A stretch of 41,227 nt of DNA from Candidatus Micrarchaeota archaeon. Lineage in GTDB: Archaea; Micrarchaeota; Micrarchaeia; Anstonellales; Bilamarchaeaceae. Under the pieces are notes generated by a model. It worked only from the letters and a program-made list of their open reading frames with translations, did not search any database and was not told where the DNA came from. The position numbers were made by a program, and so were the translations under genes. Below, in pieces: positions 18,645 through 27,575 of the stretch (positions within the stretch are counted from its first letter, which is position 1; the number at the start of each line of letters is the position of its first letter). The DNA lies in NCBI GenBank assembly GCA_026992595.1, contig JALWZW010000050.1, forward strand, positions 1 to 41,227. The letters run 5' to 3'.

Positions 18645-18675
18645 ATGTTAAACGAATAAAGATGTCGGTGGTTGT

Positions 18676-18888
18676 TTGACAGAGTTAAAGCGGTTGTTTA
18701 GGTGTGCGCAATGCGGCAAAGAAGCGTCTTTTTATGTTTCCAGCGACATTCCTCTTTTTGAGGTGATGGTGGCGGGCAGGTGTGAGTGCGGTACCGCTCT
18801 TCAGCTTAATTATAGCGTTGCAGAACTGCAGCAAAAGCCCAATCCAGAGGTTCCGAGCGATGCGCTTAAAGATATTATAGAGGGATAG
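18676..18888 (+). CDS. Small putative zinc-ribbon protein
   Basis: CAQC...CEC motif in 70 aa; TTG start preceded by GGTGG. Confidence 0.6.
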   Translation: MTELKRLFRCAQCGKEASFYVSSDIPLFEVMVAGRCECGTALQLNYSVAELQQKPNPEVPSDALKDIIEG

Positions 18889-18920
18889 CGCGGGCGGTTG
18901 ATTGGTGTTAGGATAGATGA

Positions 18921-19679
18921 TTAGGGGCTGGTTGGTGGAGAGAGGTTGAGGTGCGCTAACGAAGGGATTATCTCATCGGGTTTTATTTTGCTCTTTGCTA
19001 TGTCCTCTTTTTTTGCAATACCAGAAAGCACCAAAATGCTTTTCAGCCCGAACCTTTTTGCAAAATATATGTCTGTATCTAACCTATCTCCCACAACCAC
19101 CATTTCTTCCTCCCCCATCATCTGTTTAAGGACTTTGTAAATAAACTCGTATGGTTTCCCTAACACAAGCGCTTTTTTGCCGCTTGCCCTTTCTATTGCA
19201 GCCACAATCGCGCCTGCCCCCGGCCTAATGCCTTCATGCGTTGGATAGGTTGCATCATCATTTGCCGCCACTATTTGAGCACCTTTAAGGGTAAGGGTAA
19301 GCGCATGTGCCAACTTCTCATAATTAAACGCTCTATCCAGGCCTACCGCAACCACTTCTCCCTCTTCGCTTAGCGCCACTCCCTCCTGCGCCAACTCCTT
19401 CCTTAAACTCTCCTCTCCTATAAAATAAACGCGCTTTTTCCTCTCTTTTAAAAACAGTACTAGGGCGTAAGCGGCTGAACATACCTCATCCTCTCTTGCC
19501 TTTACCCCCATTTCTGAGAGTTTTCGCGCTAAATCCTTTCTGCTCCTTGTGGAATTGTTGCTGAAAAAGAGCACTTTGTGCCCCGCTGCCCTTATCTCAT
19601 CAATTTTTTGTGCAGCGCCCTCAATGGTCTTCAGCCCTCTATAAACGGTGCCGTCCAAATCAATTAAATAAACGGTCAT
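18921..19679 (-). CDS. HAD-superfamily IIA hydrolase (NagD-like phosphatase)
   Basis: DLDGTVY, SNNS, GKP and VGDRLDTDI motifs. Confidence 0.93.
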   Translation of the reverse strand: MTVYLIDLDGTVYRGLKTIEGAAQKIDEIRAAGHKVLFFSNNSTRSRKDLARKLSEMGVKAREDEVCSAAYALVLFLKERKKRVYFIGEESLRKELAQEGVALSEEGEVVAVGLDRAFNYEKLAHALTLTLKGAQIVAANDDATYPTHEGIRPGAGAIVAAIERASGKKALVLGKPYEFIYKVLKQMMGEEEMVVVGDRLDTDIYFAKRFGLKSILVLSGIAKKEDIAKSKIKPDEIIPSLAHLNLSPPTSP

Positions 19680-19737
19680 GGATGTATTTAGGGCAACGCA
19701 ATATAAATTTTTAAAGGGGGGTGTTTAAACCATATTT

Positions 19738-19893
19738 ATGGCAAAAAAAATCATGATGCCTTTCAGTTCTGCGGGCATTCTTACCACAGGCGCAGATGTT
19801 AAAAGCGGCGGTATTGAGGTAACACCTATGCAGGTGGTAGCCGCTACCGTCATTCTTGTTATTGTGGTAAAATTAGCGCATGTTTTAATGTGA
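19738..19893 (+). CDS. secG: Preprotein translocase subunit Sec61beta (not in ORF track; 51 aa)
   Basis: My translation is MAKKIMMPFSSAGILTTGADVKSGGIEVTPMQVVAATVILVIVVKLAHVLM. It has the SSAGI...I.V.P motif followed by one C-terminal TM helix, and TATAAA lies upstream. Confidence 0.85.
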   Translation: MAKKIMMPFSSAGILTTGADVKSGGIEVTPMQVVAATVILVIVVKLAHVLM

Positions 19894-20763
19894 GGTGCGC
19901 ACCGAACATCCCTTTTCCACCGCGCATTTTGTCCCTTCTTTGTCTATTTGTATGGTGGTGTGAGCCACATTCATATCTTTAAGTATCTCCTCCACTTTAT
20001 GCCTCACCTCTACCGCTTCCTTTACCGATTTTTCGCTTACCACGATGTGCAGAGTTGCGAAAGTAAGGTCAGAGCAGGCGCGCCACACATGCACATCATG
20101 CACATCTTTAACCTCCTTCAACTGCTTCACCCTCCTCTTTATCTCATCTACTGCCAACTCTTTTGGCGCTCTGTCCAAAAGCATCGCGCCTGATTTCCTT
20201 AAAAGGCGGTAAGCGCTTATTGTTATAAGTATAGCGATACCTATGCTCACCAAGACATCCACTTCATACATACCTGTAAATAGTATTATAAAGGCGCTTG
20301 TTATCACACCCACCGAAGAGAGCGCATCCCCCATTGCATGCAGAAAAGCAGAGCGCACGCTTAAATTTTTATGGGTGTGGAGGAGATAGACCACATAGAG
20401 ATTTCCCAAAAGCCCGAAACTTGCGGTTGCAAGCAGTGAAAATGGCTCTATTTTGCGCACATTCTCCCATCTTTCCAATGCTTCTTGCACAATTAAAATG
20501 GCCATTAAAAGCAGGAGGAAGCCGTTAAAAAACGCTGCTAAAACCTCCATTCTGTGGAAGCCGAAGGTTTGCCTGTTGCTGGGTGCAAGAGATGCAAAAT
20601 AGAGCGCGGTTAAAGATGCGCCCAACGCTACCAGATCTGAAAATACATGACCGCTATCGCTCAGCAGCGCCAAACTGCCTGAAAGATAGTATCCTACCAA
20701 CTGCACTATCAGCACGCTTAATGTTATCATAAAGCCATAAGAAAGTGCTTTCAGCCCGCGCAT
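19885..20763 (-). CDS. Cation diffusion facilitator (CzcD/ZitB-like)
   Basis: SLALLSDSGHVFSD, TFGFHRMEVLAAFFNG, SAFLHAMGD, VHDVHVW and HTTIQ motifs. Confidence 0.94.
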   Translation of the reverse strand: MRGLKALSYGFMITLSVLIVQLVGYYLSGSLALLSDSGHVFSDLVALGASLTALYFASLAPSNRQTFGFHRMEVLAAFFNGFLLLLMAILIVQEALERWENVRKIEPFSLLATASFGLLGNLYVVYLLHTHKNLSVRSAFLHAMGDALSSVGVITSAFIILFTGMYEVDVLVSIGIAILITISAYRLLRKSGAMLLDRAPKELAVDEIKRRVKQLKEVKDVHDVHVWRACSDLTFATLHIVVSEKSVKEAVEVRHKVEEILKDMNVAHTTIQIDKEGTKCAVEKGCSVRTSH

Positions 20764-20829
20764 AGGTTATATAAAGGTTTAAATAATTTAAAGGTATTTA
20801 ATGTAAGCGATTTTTGTATAGGTGGAATT

Positions 20830-22041
20830 ATGTATGATGTCATTGTGGTGGGTGCAGGACCTGGTGGCTCCTCAACTGCTGGCTTCTTGGCAAAAAAGGG
20901 CTTTAAGGTGCTTTTATTAGATAGGGCTAAATTCCCTCGTGATAAGACCTGCGGCGATGGGATAAGCGGAAGGTCGGTGCAGGTGTTGAGCGAGTTAGGG
21001 GCATTGGAGCATTTTAAGGATGTGGAGCATCAGGATATGTACGGTGTTACTTTCTCTTCACCTGAAGGGGTGGTGGTGCCCATAAGCGCTACCAAATCTA
21101 AGAACAGCCCTCCTCCCGGCTTTGTGTGCCGAAGGTTTGTGTTTGATAATGTGCTTTTTGAACATGCAAAGCGGTTAGGTGCAGAGGCGATAGAGGAATT
21201 TTTAGTAACAGATTTGATCATGGAGAATGGCTATGTGGTGGGGGTGAAAGGAAGGCACGAAGGCAAGGAGAAGGAATTCCGCGCCAAAGTGGTGGTGGGT
21301 GCAGACGGTGCAGGCGGCATTACTGCAAGGAAGTTAGGCGCTTATAATGATGATGAATCTCATCAAGCCGCAGCGGTGCGCGCTTACTATGAGGGCGTGG
21401 AAGGGATGGAAGATAAGATAGAGTTGCATTTTGTAAAAGAAAGCTTGCCCGGCTATTTCTGGATCTTTCCCCTTCCTAATAAAAGGGCTAATGTGGGTAT
21501 AGGGATGCTGGTAAGCGAGATGAAGAAAAAGAAAATAAATTTGGTAAAAACCATGGAGAAGATTATTCAAGAAAACCCTATGTTTAAAGAGCGCTTTAAG
21601 AATGCTAAGAGAATTTCTCCTGTTAAAAGCTGGATTCTTCCCTTAGGTTCAAAGCGCGTGAAGAATTATGGAAATGGTTATGTGCTTGTGGGTGATGCCT
21701 CCTCATTAATAGACCCCTTCTCTGGAGAAGGGATAGGAAACGCCCTCACCAGCGGTAAGATTGCTTCAGAAGTTATAGCAAAGGCGCTGGAAGAAGGAGA
21801 TGTGTCAGAAGCGCGTTTGGCTGAATACCATAAGAGGTTGTTTGATTTAATCGGTGATGAACTTAATACCAATTACAACATGCAGCGTTTGGGCCGCTTT
21901 GAGTTCTTGCTTAATTTGGTGATTAGAAAGGCGCAAAGGAGCAGGGAGATACAGGAAGAAATCTCCCGCGCTCTCCTCAACCCTCAGGAGCATAAGAAGT
22001 TTGTGAAGTTGGACTTCTATTTGAAGGTGCTTTTAGCGTGA
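20830..22041 (+). CDS. Geranylgeranyl reductase family FAD oxidoreductase
   Basis: DVIVVGAGPGGS, FPRDKTCGDG, VGADG, PGYFWIFP and LVGDASSLIDPFSGEGI motifs. Confidence 0.92.
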   Translation: MYDVIVVGAGPGGSSTAGFLAKKGFKVLLLDRAKFPRDKTCGDGISGRSVQVLSELGALEHFKDVEHQDMYGVTFSSPEGVVVPISATKSKNSPPPGFVCRRFVFDNVLFEHAKRLGAEAIEEFLVTDLIMENGYVVGVKGRHEGKEKEFRAKVVVGADGAGGITARKLGAYNDDESHQAAAVRAYYEGVEGMEDKIELHFVKESLPGYFWIFPLPNKRANVGIGMLVSEMKKKKINLVKTMEKIIQENPMFKERFKNAKRISPVKSWILPLGSKRVKNYGNGYVLVGDASSLIDPFSGEGIGNALTSGKIASEVIAKALEEGDVSEARLAEYHKRLFDLIGDELNTNYNMQRLGRFEFLLNLVIRKAQRSREIQEEISRALLNPQEHKKFVKLDFYLKVLLA

Positions 22042-23366
22042 AGGAATATGGGTTAATAGTTATTGGTGCTGGCTCTGGCTTAGATGTTGCTGCGGCCGCT
22101 TCCCGCAAATGGAAGGTTGCATTGGTAGAGGAAGGGCCGTTGGGAGGCACCTGTCTTAATAGAGGGTGCATACCCACCAAAATATTGGCGCACATTGCAG
22201 AAGTCATTGACACTATAAGCAGCGCCCATAAATTTGGCATTAGTGTAGAAAGCGCAGAGGTGGATTTTTTAAAGGCGATGAGCCAAAGTTGGGTGGTAGA
22301 TAGAGAGGCGGCAAAGATTGAGGAAGGGGTAAAAACCAACCCTAATATTGACTTATATAAAGGGAGGGCGGAATTTATAGATGAGCACACTATCGCGGTG
22401 GGTGAGAAGGAAATAAGAGGGGAGCGCATAGTTATTGCTGCAGGCACGCGGCCTGCTGTTCCTCCCATTAAAGGCCTGGAAGAAGTTCCTTATATGACAA
22501 GCAGGGAAATCTTGAGAATAAATTATTTGCCGCGAGAATTGGCGGTGGTTGGCGGGGGATATATAGGCGTGGAGTTAGGTAATTTTTTCCGCGCAGTAGG
22601 TTCAAAAGTAAAGGTGCTTCAAAGAAGGGATGTATTGGTTCCTCATGAAGACAAAGATGTGGCGCGCTTTTTTACCGAAAAATTCTCCGCCCTTCATGAA
22701 GTTTTTCTTAACTTTTCTACTGAAGAGGTTGAGAAAAAGGGGGAAAAGGTGCTTTTGCACTCTAAGGACGGCAGGGTAGTGGAGGCAACCGACCTTTTGG
22801 TGGCAACAGGAAGAAAACCCAATACTGATATTTTAAAGGTGGAGCGCGCTGGTGTGAAGGTAAATGAGCGCGGCTTTGTGGTCTGCGACCAAAGAATGAG
22901 GACCAATAAGGAGCATATTTGGGCGTTGGGAGATATTGTGGGACGCTATCAATTTAAGCATGTTGCCAACGAGGAGGCGGTGTGCGTTATTAGAAATCTT
23001 TTTGGAAGGGAATGCGAAATGGATTATAGAGCGGTCCCTCATGCTATATTCTCCACCCCTCAGGTGGCGGGTGTGGGGAAAACAGAGCAGGAGTTGGAGG
23101 GGGGGAATTATTTAGTGGGCAAATATAATTATGAAAATACAGGCATGGGGTTGGCGCTTAAGGAAGAGGGGTTTGTTAAGATGCTGTGCGATTATGAAGG
23201 CAATATTTTAGGTTGCCATATAGTTGGCCCTCATGCCTCTTTGCTTATTCATGAAGTGCTGGTCTCTTTAAGAAGCGGGAGCGGGAATGTGAAGGACCTT
23301 TTAAACACAATCCATATCCACCCTGCGCTTAATGAGGTGGTGCAGCGGGCGGCGGCAAACATTTAA
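22038..23366 (+). CDS. Pyridine nucleotide-disulfide oxidoreductase (dihydrolipoamide dehydrogenase/mycothione reductase-like)
   Basis: IGAGSG, redox-active GGTCLNRGCIPTK, VGGGYIGVE, ATGRKPN and HIHPALNE motifs. Confidence 0.9.
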   Translation: MKEYGLIVIGAGSGLDVAAAASRKWKVALVEEGPLGGTCLNRGCIPTKILAHIAEVIDTISSAHKFGISVESAEVDFLKAMSQSWVVDREAAKIEEGVKTNPNIDLYKGRAEFIDEHTIAVGEKEIRGERIVIAAGTRPAVPPIKGLEEVPYMTSREILRINYLPRELAVVGGGYIGVELGNFFRAVGSKVKVLQRRDVLVPHEDKDVARFFTEKFSALHEVFLNFSTEEVEKKGEKVLLHSKDGRVVEATDLLVATGRKPNTDILKVERAGVKVNERGFVVCDQRMRTNKEHIWALGDIVGRYQFKHVANEEAVCVIRNLFGRECEMDYRAVPHAIFSTPQVAGVGKTEQELEGGNYLVGKYNYENTGMGLALKEEGFVKMLCDYEGNILGCHIVGPHASLLIHEVLVSLRSGSGNVKDLLNTIHIHPALNEVVQRAAANI

Positions 23367-23389
23367 ATGAGAATCTTTCAACTATCTTT

Positions 23390-23632
23390 ATGCCCGAAGC
23401 GCTTTTTGTCCTTTTAGGCGCGGCTGTCCTTATAGTCCTCCTCACTTGGCTTATTTATGTTCTTATAAAAGGATTGGTGCGACTTTTGATAAGTTCGGTT
23501 GCCGCAGTTCTTCTCACCCTTTTACTCCAATTTTTAGGCATTCCTATTAAATTAACGCTGCTCAACATCCTTCTCATCGTTTTTTTAGGTCTGCCCGGCC
23601 TTTTGATTGCGCTTTTTGTTTCCTTGCTTTAG
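23390..23632 (+). CDS. Small membrane protein, BofA-like family
   Basis: 80 aa, almost entirely hydrophobic, with the IPI...ILLIVFLGLPG signature. Confidence 0.65.
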   Translation: MPEALFVLLGAAVLIVLLTWLIYVLIKGLVRLLISSVAAVLLTLLLQFLGIPIKLTLLNILLIVFLGLPGLLIALFVSLL

Positions 23633-23676
23633 GGCGGTGTAAAATATTAAAACCTAAAGCGCGCTATAATTTTTAG

Positions 23677-24375
23677 ATGCTGAGCATTATTATCCCTACT
23701 CTCAACGAAGAAGAATGGATCGGCAAACTTCTCACGCAACTGAAGGAGCAGGTGAGAGAGGGGGATGAAATTATTGTGGTAGATTCTGAGAGCGAGGACC
23801 GCACCGTAGAGATCGCTGAGCGGTTTGGGGCGCGGGTGATAAGGTGTGGGAGGAATGGGAAAGGAGAGGCCTGCACCTTGGGCGCAAAACATGCTAAGAA
23901 CGATATTGTGGTGTTTTTGGATGCTGATTGTATAATTGCAGGGGATTATTTAGAGAGAATTAGAAGTCATTTTAAGAAGGGGGTGGTGGCGGTGGGCGGT
24001 TTAGACCTTTATTTAAGCGAGTCGCGCCCCCGCAAATGGCTTTACGACACTTATTCTAAAGGGGTGTTCTATTTAAGCAAAATCCACAACCGCCTTACCA
24101 AAGAGTGTTGCTTCCCTTCAAACAATGCGGCCTTTAAGCGCGAGGCATTCTTGGCATGCGGCGGCTACCGCTCTGTGGTATGTGAGGAAGCAGATTTAAT
24201 GAGGAGGTTTAAAAGCCACAATGTTATCTATGACCCGCGCTTAGTTGTTCTGCTCTCTGACAGGCGCTTTAAGCAGCACGGCTTTCTAAACACCCTTGCG
24301 TTATGGGCAAAAGGCCATCTCAAACTTATTTTAGAGGACGGCCTTAAGTCCCATGATTATAAAAAGGGGTATTAA
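23677..24375 (+). CDS. Glycosyltransferase family 2
   Basis: SIIIPTLNEE, IIVVDSESEDRT, FLDAD (DxD) and S.RRF motifs. Confidence 0.92.
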   Translation: MLSIIIPTLNEEEWIGKLLTQLKEQVREGDEIIVVDSESEDRTVEIAERFGARVIRCGRNGKGEACTLGAKHAKNDIVVFLDADCIIAGDYLERIRSHFKKGVVAVGGLDLYLSESRPRKWLYDTYSKGVFYLSKIHNRLTKECCFPSNNAAFKREAFLACGGYRSVVCEEADLMRRFKSHNVIYDPRLVVLLSDRRFKQHGFLNTLALWAKGHLKLILEDGLKSHDYKKGY

Positions 24376-24415
24376 AAGAGTTAGTTTTATAAATCTTCTA
24401 TTTTTTAAACTTGTG

Positions 24416-27343
24416 ATGAGGCCCTATCCTTTAGTTGCGCTTTTATTTCTTTCTCTCTCTTACGCTGCAATTATAAACAGTTGCCAGTCCATCACTGCGT
24501 CTGGATATTATGAATTGGGCAACTCTTTGACAGATGGCGGCACCCCTTTTGGCTCTTTTGATGTTTGTATAAGAATAGCAAGCGATGATGTTACTCTTGA
24601 CTGCAAAGGATATAACATCACCGATAATGCGCCTTCTATAAGCTATGCTGCGGTTGCTATGGATAGCGTAAAAAATATCAACATCCAAAATTGCGTTTTT
24701 GAGCGCTATAACCATACCATCCATATTCAGAACTCTAAGAACATTGTTATACGCAATTCTCTCTTCTACCCTCCTGCGCCCGCTTCGCCTTCTGTGCATT
24801 CACGCTCTATCTATGTGGACGCTTCCTCTTTGGGCGACAATATTTCGGTCTCTAATGTAACATTTAAAGGAAATGAAAGCGCAACCGCTGCCTTTGCTTT
24901 TTATGGGAACGGCGCCAATGTTACCATCACCAACTCTACATTCTATAAATACTTTTTTGCGTTGGAGGTGGTGGGAGGCGTTGAGAATTTGACCATAAGC
25001 CGTAACAGTTTTAATCAAACTTTCCCTGTTCCTACTGTGGTGGAATATCTGCCCATTACAAACTTCAACACCACACGCTTTGTAAGGAACCGCATTTTTA
25101 GTTGCAAAGTTCGTTGTTTGCGGCCTCAAGGGGGAAGGTGGTTCATTGAGCATAATTTGTTTGAACTTGACCCTGTAGGCGCACACCCTATTCTTGCGAT
25201 AAACAACAATCTACTTCTCGTTTACAATAATACTTTTATAATCAAAAACTACACCGCTCTCTCTCCTTTTGCCTTAGCGATAGGTTTGCAGGATGTTAAT
25301 TATACTAATATAACGAAGGCATATATAGAAGGAAATGGGTATGCTGTAGGTGGTGTGGGCAGCGGGCCTGGCAGCTCTATCAACACCACCTATATTGAGC
25401 ATGTAGTTATGAATAATATCACAGGGAGAGGGATTGGGTTGGCTGATGTGAAAAAATTGGTGGTAAATGATGTAAATATAAGCTATGTTACGCCTTTAGG
25501 GCCTTTTGGCATTGGCCTTCTTTTTGCTAATGTGGGCGGGGATGTTGCAAATGTCCGCATTAAGGGCGCTCCTCAGGGTATGGTTTTTGACAAAAACAAC
25601 AACATTACTTTTAATAACATAATTATGGAGAATGGCTCTTTAGGGGTGTGGGTGTTTGAGTTTGCAAGCTCGCCTTCTAATCTTACTTTCAACAACCTCA
25701 CTGCAGCGCATTTTGACACTGCCATGAAGTTGGCTTCTTTCTATAACCTCACAATAAGAAATGGCCACTTTTATAACACTTCCACCGGCATCTGGGTTGC
25801 CTCTTATCCGTTTTTACCTGCCCTTAACCGCAACTTGGTATTTAATATTGCATTTGATAGACCTGCTGACGGCTTCACTGATTACACTAATCTAAGCTTA
25901 GTTGATGTGGTGTCTGGAAGTGAATCCTACAACATTTCCTGGTCCCCTCCTGTGCCTCCACCCCCCAACCTTACATCCTTTAATAACAAGTACATAGAAA
26001 TAATTAATGCCACTCCCACAAGCATAGACACTGTGGAGTGGCATTGGTTAGACAGCGAATTGGGAAGCTTTGATGAAACAGCATTTGAGTTGTGGAGTTA
26101 TAACGGGACAAATTGGACTATGAGGAGCAACACTCCAGACACAGTGCTTAACAAATTCACTTTAGCACCTCTTAACCAATTTAGCATCTTTGCCATTCTT
26201 GCCCCTCCGCCCACGCCCAGCGACGGAGGAGGCGGAGGAGGAGGTTTGGACAATCTTAATGTAGAACTATACACCGAGTGTAATTACAGCTATGTGAATG
26301 TAACATCAGGCGGAAATGCAGTAGATGGGGCATCTGTGCTTATAACAGACCTTTACGGCCTGCCTGTTGCTTCAGGGCAGACAGATAGCAACGGCATTCT
26401 GGGCTTTGCATCCTCCTGTGGTCAGGACCTTTGGATTAGAGTGAGCAAGAGCGGCTATTATCCTGAAAGCATAATAAGAAGCACCATTGACTGCTCTCAA
26501 TGTGTAAGCCCCTGCCCGCCGGGCCAACAGCTTATAAATGGCAGTTGCCAAAGCCCACCCCCGCCAGATTGCGGCTGCGGCTATTTTGATGCTGATTTGC
26601 AGCAATGCGTAGCATTCCAATGCTGCTCTGATGCTGATTGCCCTCAGGGCTATGGCTGTGTGGATAACAGCTGCCAACCCCAGGGCTGTTTAAGCAATGA
26701 GGATTGCAGAGAGGAGGAGTACTGCGATATCCCGCCCAATGCTTTGGTGGGCAGTTGCAAGCAGGTGGAGGGGGTGTGCGGCTATCCCGCTAACCACACT
26801 TGGATTATGTATGAGTGTGGAGAGGAAGAGGGCTGCCCCTCGTGCAGCAGAGGGGTTTGTGAGAACAGGCAATGCATTATTTACAGCATAGAATGCCCTG
26901 AGCAGGTGCAGGAGGGAGAGGAGATTGTGTGCGAGGTGAGGCGGGATGGCAGTTTATGCAGCAACTGTGAGGTGCTGGTTAAAGACCCGGAGCAGGTGAG
27001 GAGAAGCTTTGCTACAGACAGCCAGGGGCTGCTTAGGATTAAGGCAGAAAAGATAGGGGCTTATCTCTTTGAGGTGGGCGGCTCTACTGCAACCACAGAG
27101 GTTTATAGAATAATAAAGGAGAAAGAGGAGGGGGTGCCTTGGCTGCAAATATGCTTAGCGGTGTTGGCGCTGCTGCTGCTTGCGCTCTGGTGCTGGAGGA
27201 GGAAGAAGGCAGAGGAAGAGAGGATAAAGAAGCTTTATAAAGAAGGGAAGATTAGCAAGAGGGCGATGGAGAGGATGCTGGAGGAGTTGAAGAAAAAGCA
27301 CTGCTGGGAGAAGTTTGAGGAGGAGGAAGAAAAATTAAAATAA
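24416..27343 (+). CDS. Large membrane-anchored surface protein: beta-helix repeats, Ig-like and Cys-rich modules
   Basis: Probable ATG at 24416 with signal peptide; CIRIASDDVTLDCKG and Asn-rich parallel beta-helix repeats; Pro/Gly linker; C..D.DC repeats; C-terminal TM helix and basic tail; many N-x-S/T sequons. Confidence 0.85.
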   Translation: MRPYPLVALLFLSLSYAAIINSCQSITASGYYELGNSLTDGGTPFGSFDVCIRIASDDVTLDCKGYNITDNAPSISYAAVAMDSVKNINIQNCVFERYNHTIHIQNSKNIVIRNSLFYPPAPASPSVHSRSIYVDASSLGDNISVSNVTFKGNESATAAFAFYGNGANVTITNSTFYKYFFALEVVGGVENLTISRNSFNQTFPVPTVVEYLPITNFNTTRFVRNRIFSCKVRCLRPQGGRWFIEHNLFELDPVGAHPILAINNNLLLVYNNTFIIKNYTALSPFALAIGLQDVNYTNITKAYIEGNGYAVGGVGSGPGSSINTTYIEHVVMNNITGRGIGLADVKKLVVNDVNISYVTPLGPFGIGLLFANVGGDVANVRIKGAPQGMVFDKNNNITFNNIIMENGSLGVWVFEFASSPSNLTFNNLTAAHFDTAMKLASFYNLTIRNGHFYNTSTGIWVASYPFLPALNRNLVFNIAFDRPADGFTDYTNLSLVDVVSGSESYNISWSPPVPPPPNLTSFNNKYIEIINATPTSIDTVEWHWLDSELGSFDETAFELWSYNGTNWTMRSNTPDTVLNKFTLAPLNQFSIFAILAPPPTPSDGGGGGGGLDNLNVELYTECNYSYVNVTSGGNAVDGASVLITDLYGLPVASGQTDSNGILGFASSCGQDLWIRVSKSGYYPESIIRSTIDCSQCVSPCPPGQQLINGSCQSPPPPDCGCGYFDADLQQCVAFQCCSDADCPQGYGCVDNSCQPQGCLSNEDCREEEYCDIPPNALVGSCKQVEGVCGYPANHTWIMYECGEEEGCPSCSRGVCENRQCIIYSIECPEQVQEGEEIVCEVRRDGSLCSNCEVLVKDPEQVRRSFATDSQGLLRIKAEKIGAYLFEVGGSTATTEVYRIIKEKEEGVPWLQICLAVLALLLLALWCWRRKKAEEERIKKLYKEGKISKRAMERMLEELKKKHCWEKFEEEEEKLK

Positions 27344-27479
27344 AACCACTCCCGCAGGCCATTTAATCAAACCTTTACCCCAAAAACCCCAAACCGTACG
27401 CTCTTCCTCAGGTGTTTTTGATCAAACTTTTGACCTTAGAATAACAGTAGAAAAAAGTTTGAGGGGAAAAGGATAAACA

Positions 27480-27490
27480 TTTTTAAACCC
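27480..27490 (+). promoter_or_regulatory. TATA box of the ribosomal protein operon
   Basis: TTTTTAAACCC; the same 11-mer lies upstream of tRNA-Gly (16263-16273). Confidence 0.55.
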
Positions 27491-27510
27491 CTCGGGGTAT
27501 ATGAAATATT

Positions 27511-27571
27511 GCGCGGCCTTTTTAGGCGCCTCATTATGAGGTCCCCGCTGAGCAAAAAAGGGGCGACGCGC
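27511..27571 (+). promoter_or_regulatory. Putative structured 5' leader of the uL3 operon
   Basis: GC-rich multibranch fold: GCGCG/CGCGC closing stem around GCCT/AGGC, CCTCA/TGAGG and CCCC/GGGG hairpins. Confidence 0.5.
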
Positions 27572-27575
27572 GGAG

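Noticed and set aside
26205..26245. GGA/GGC and CCN runs as a contingency repeat
   Set aside because: Imperfect trinucleotide runs encoding an in-frame Pro/Gly linker; no frameshift.
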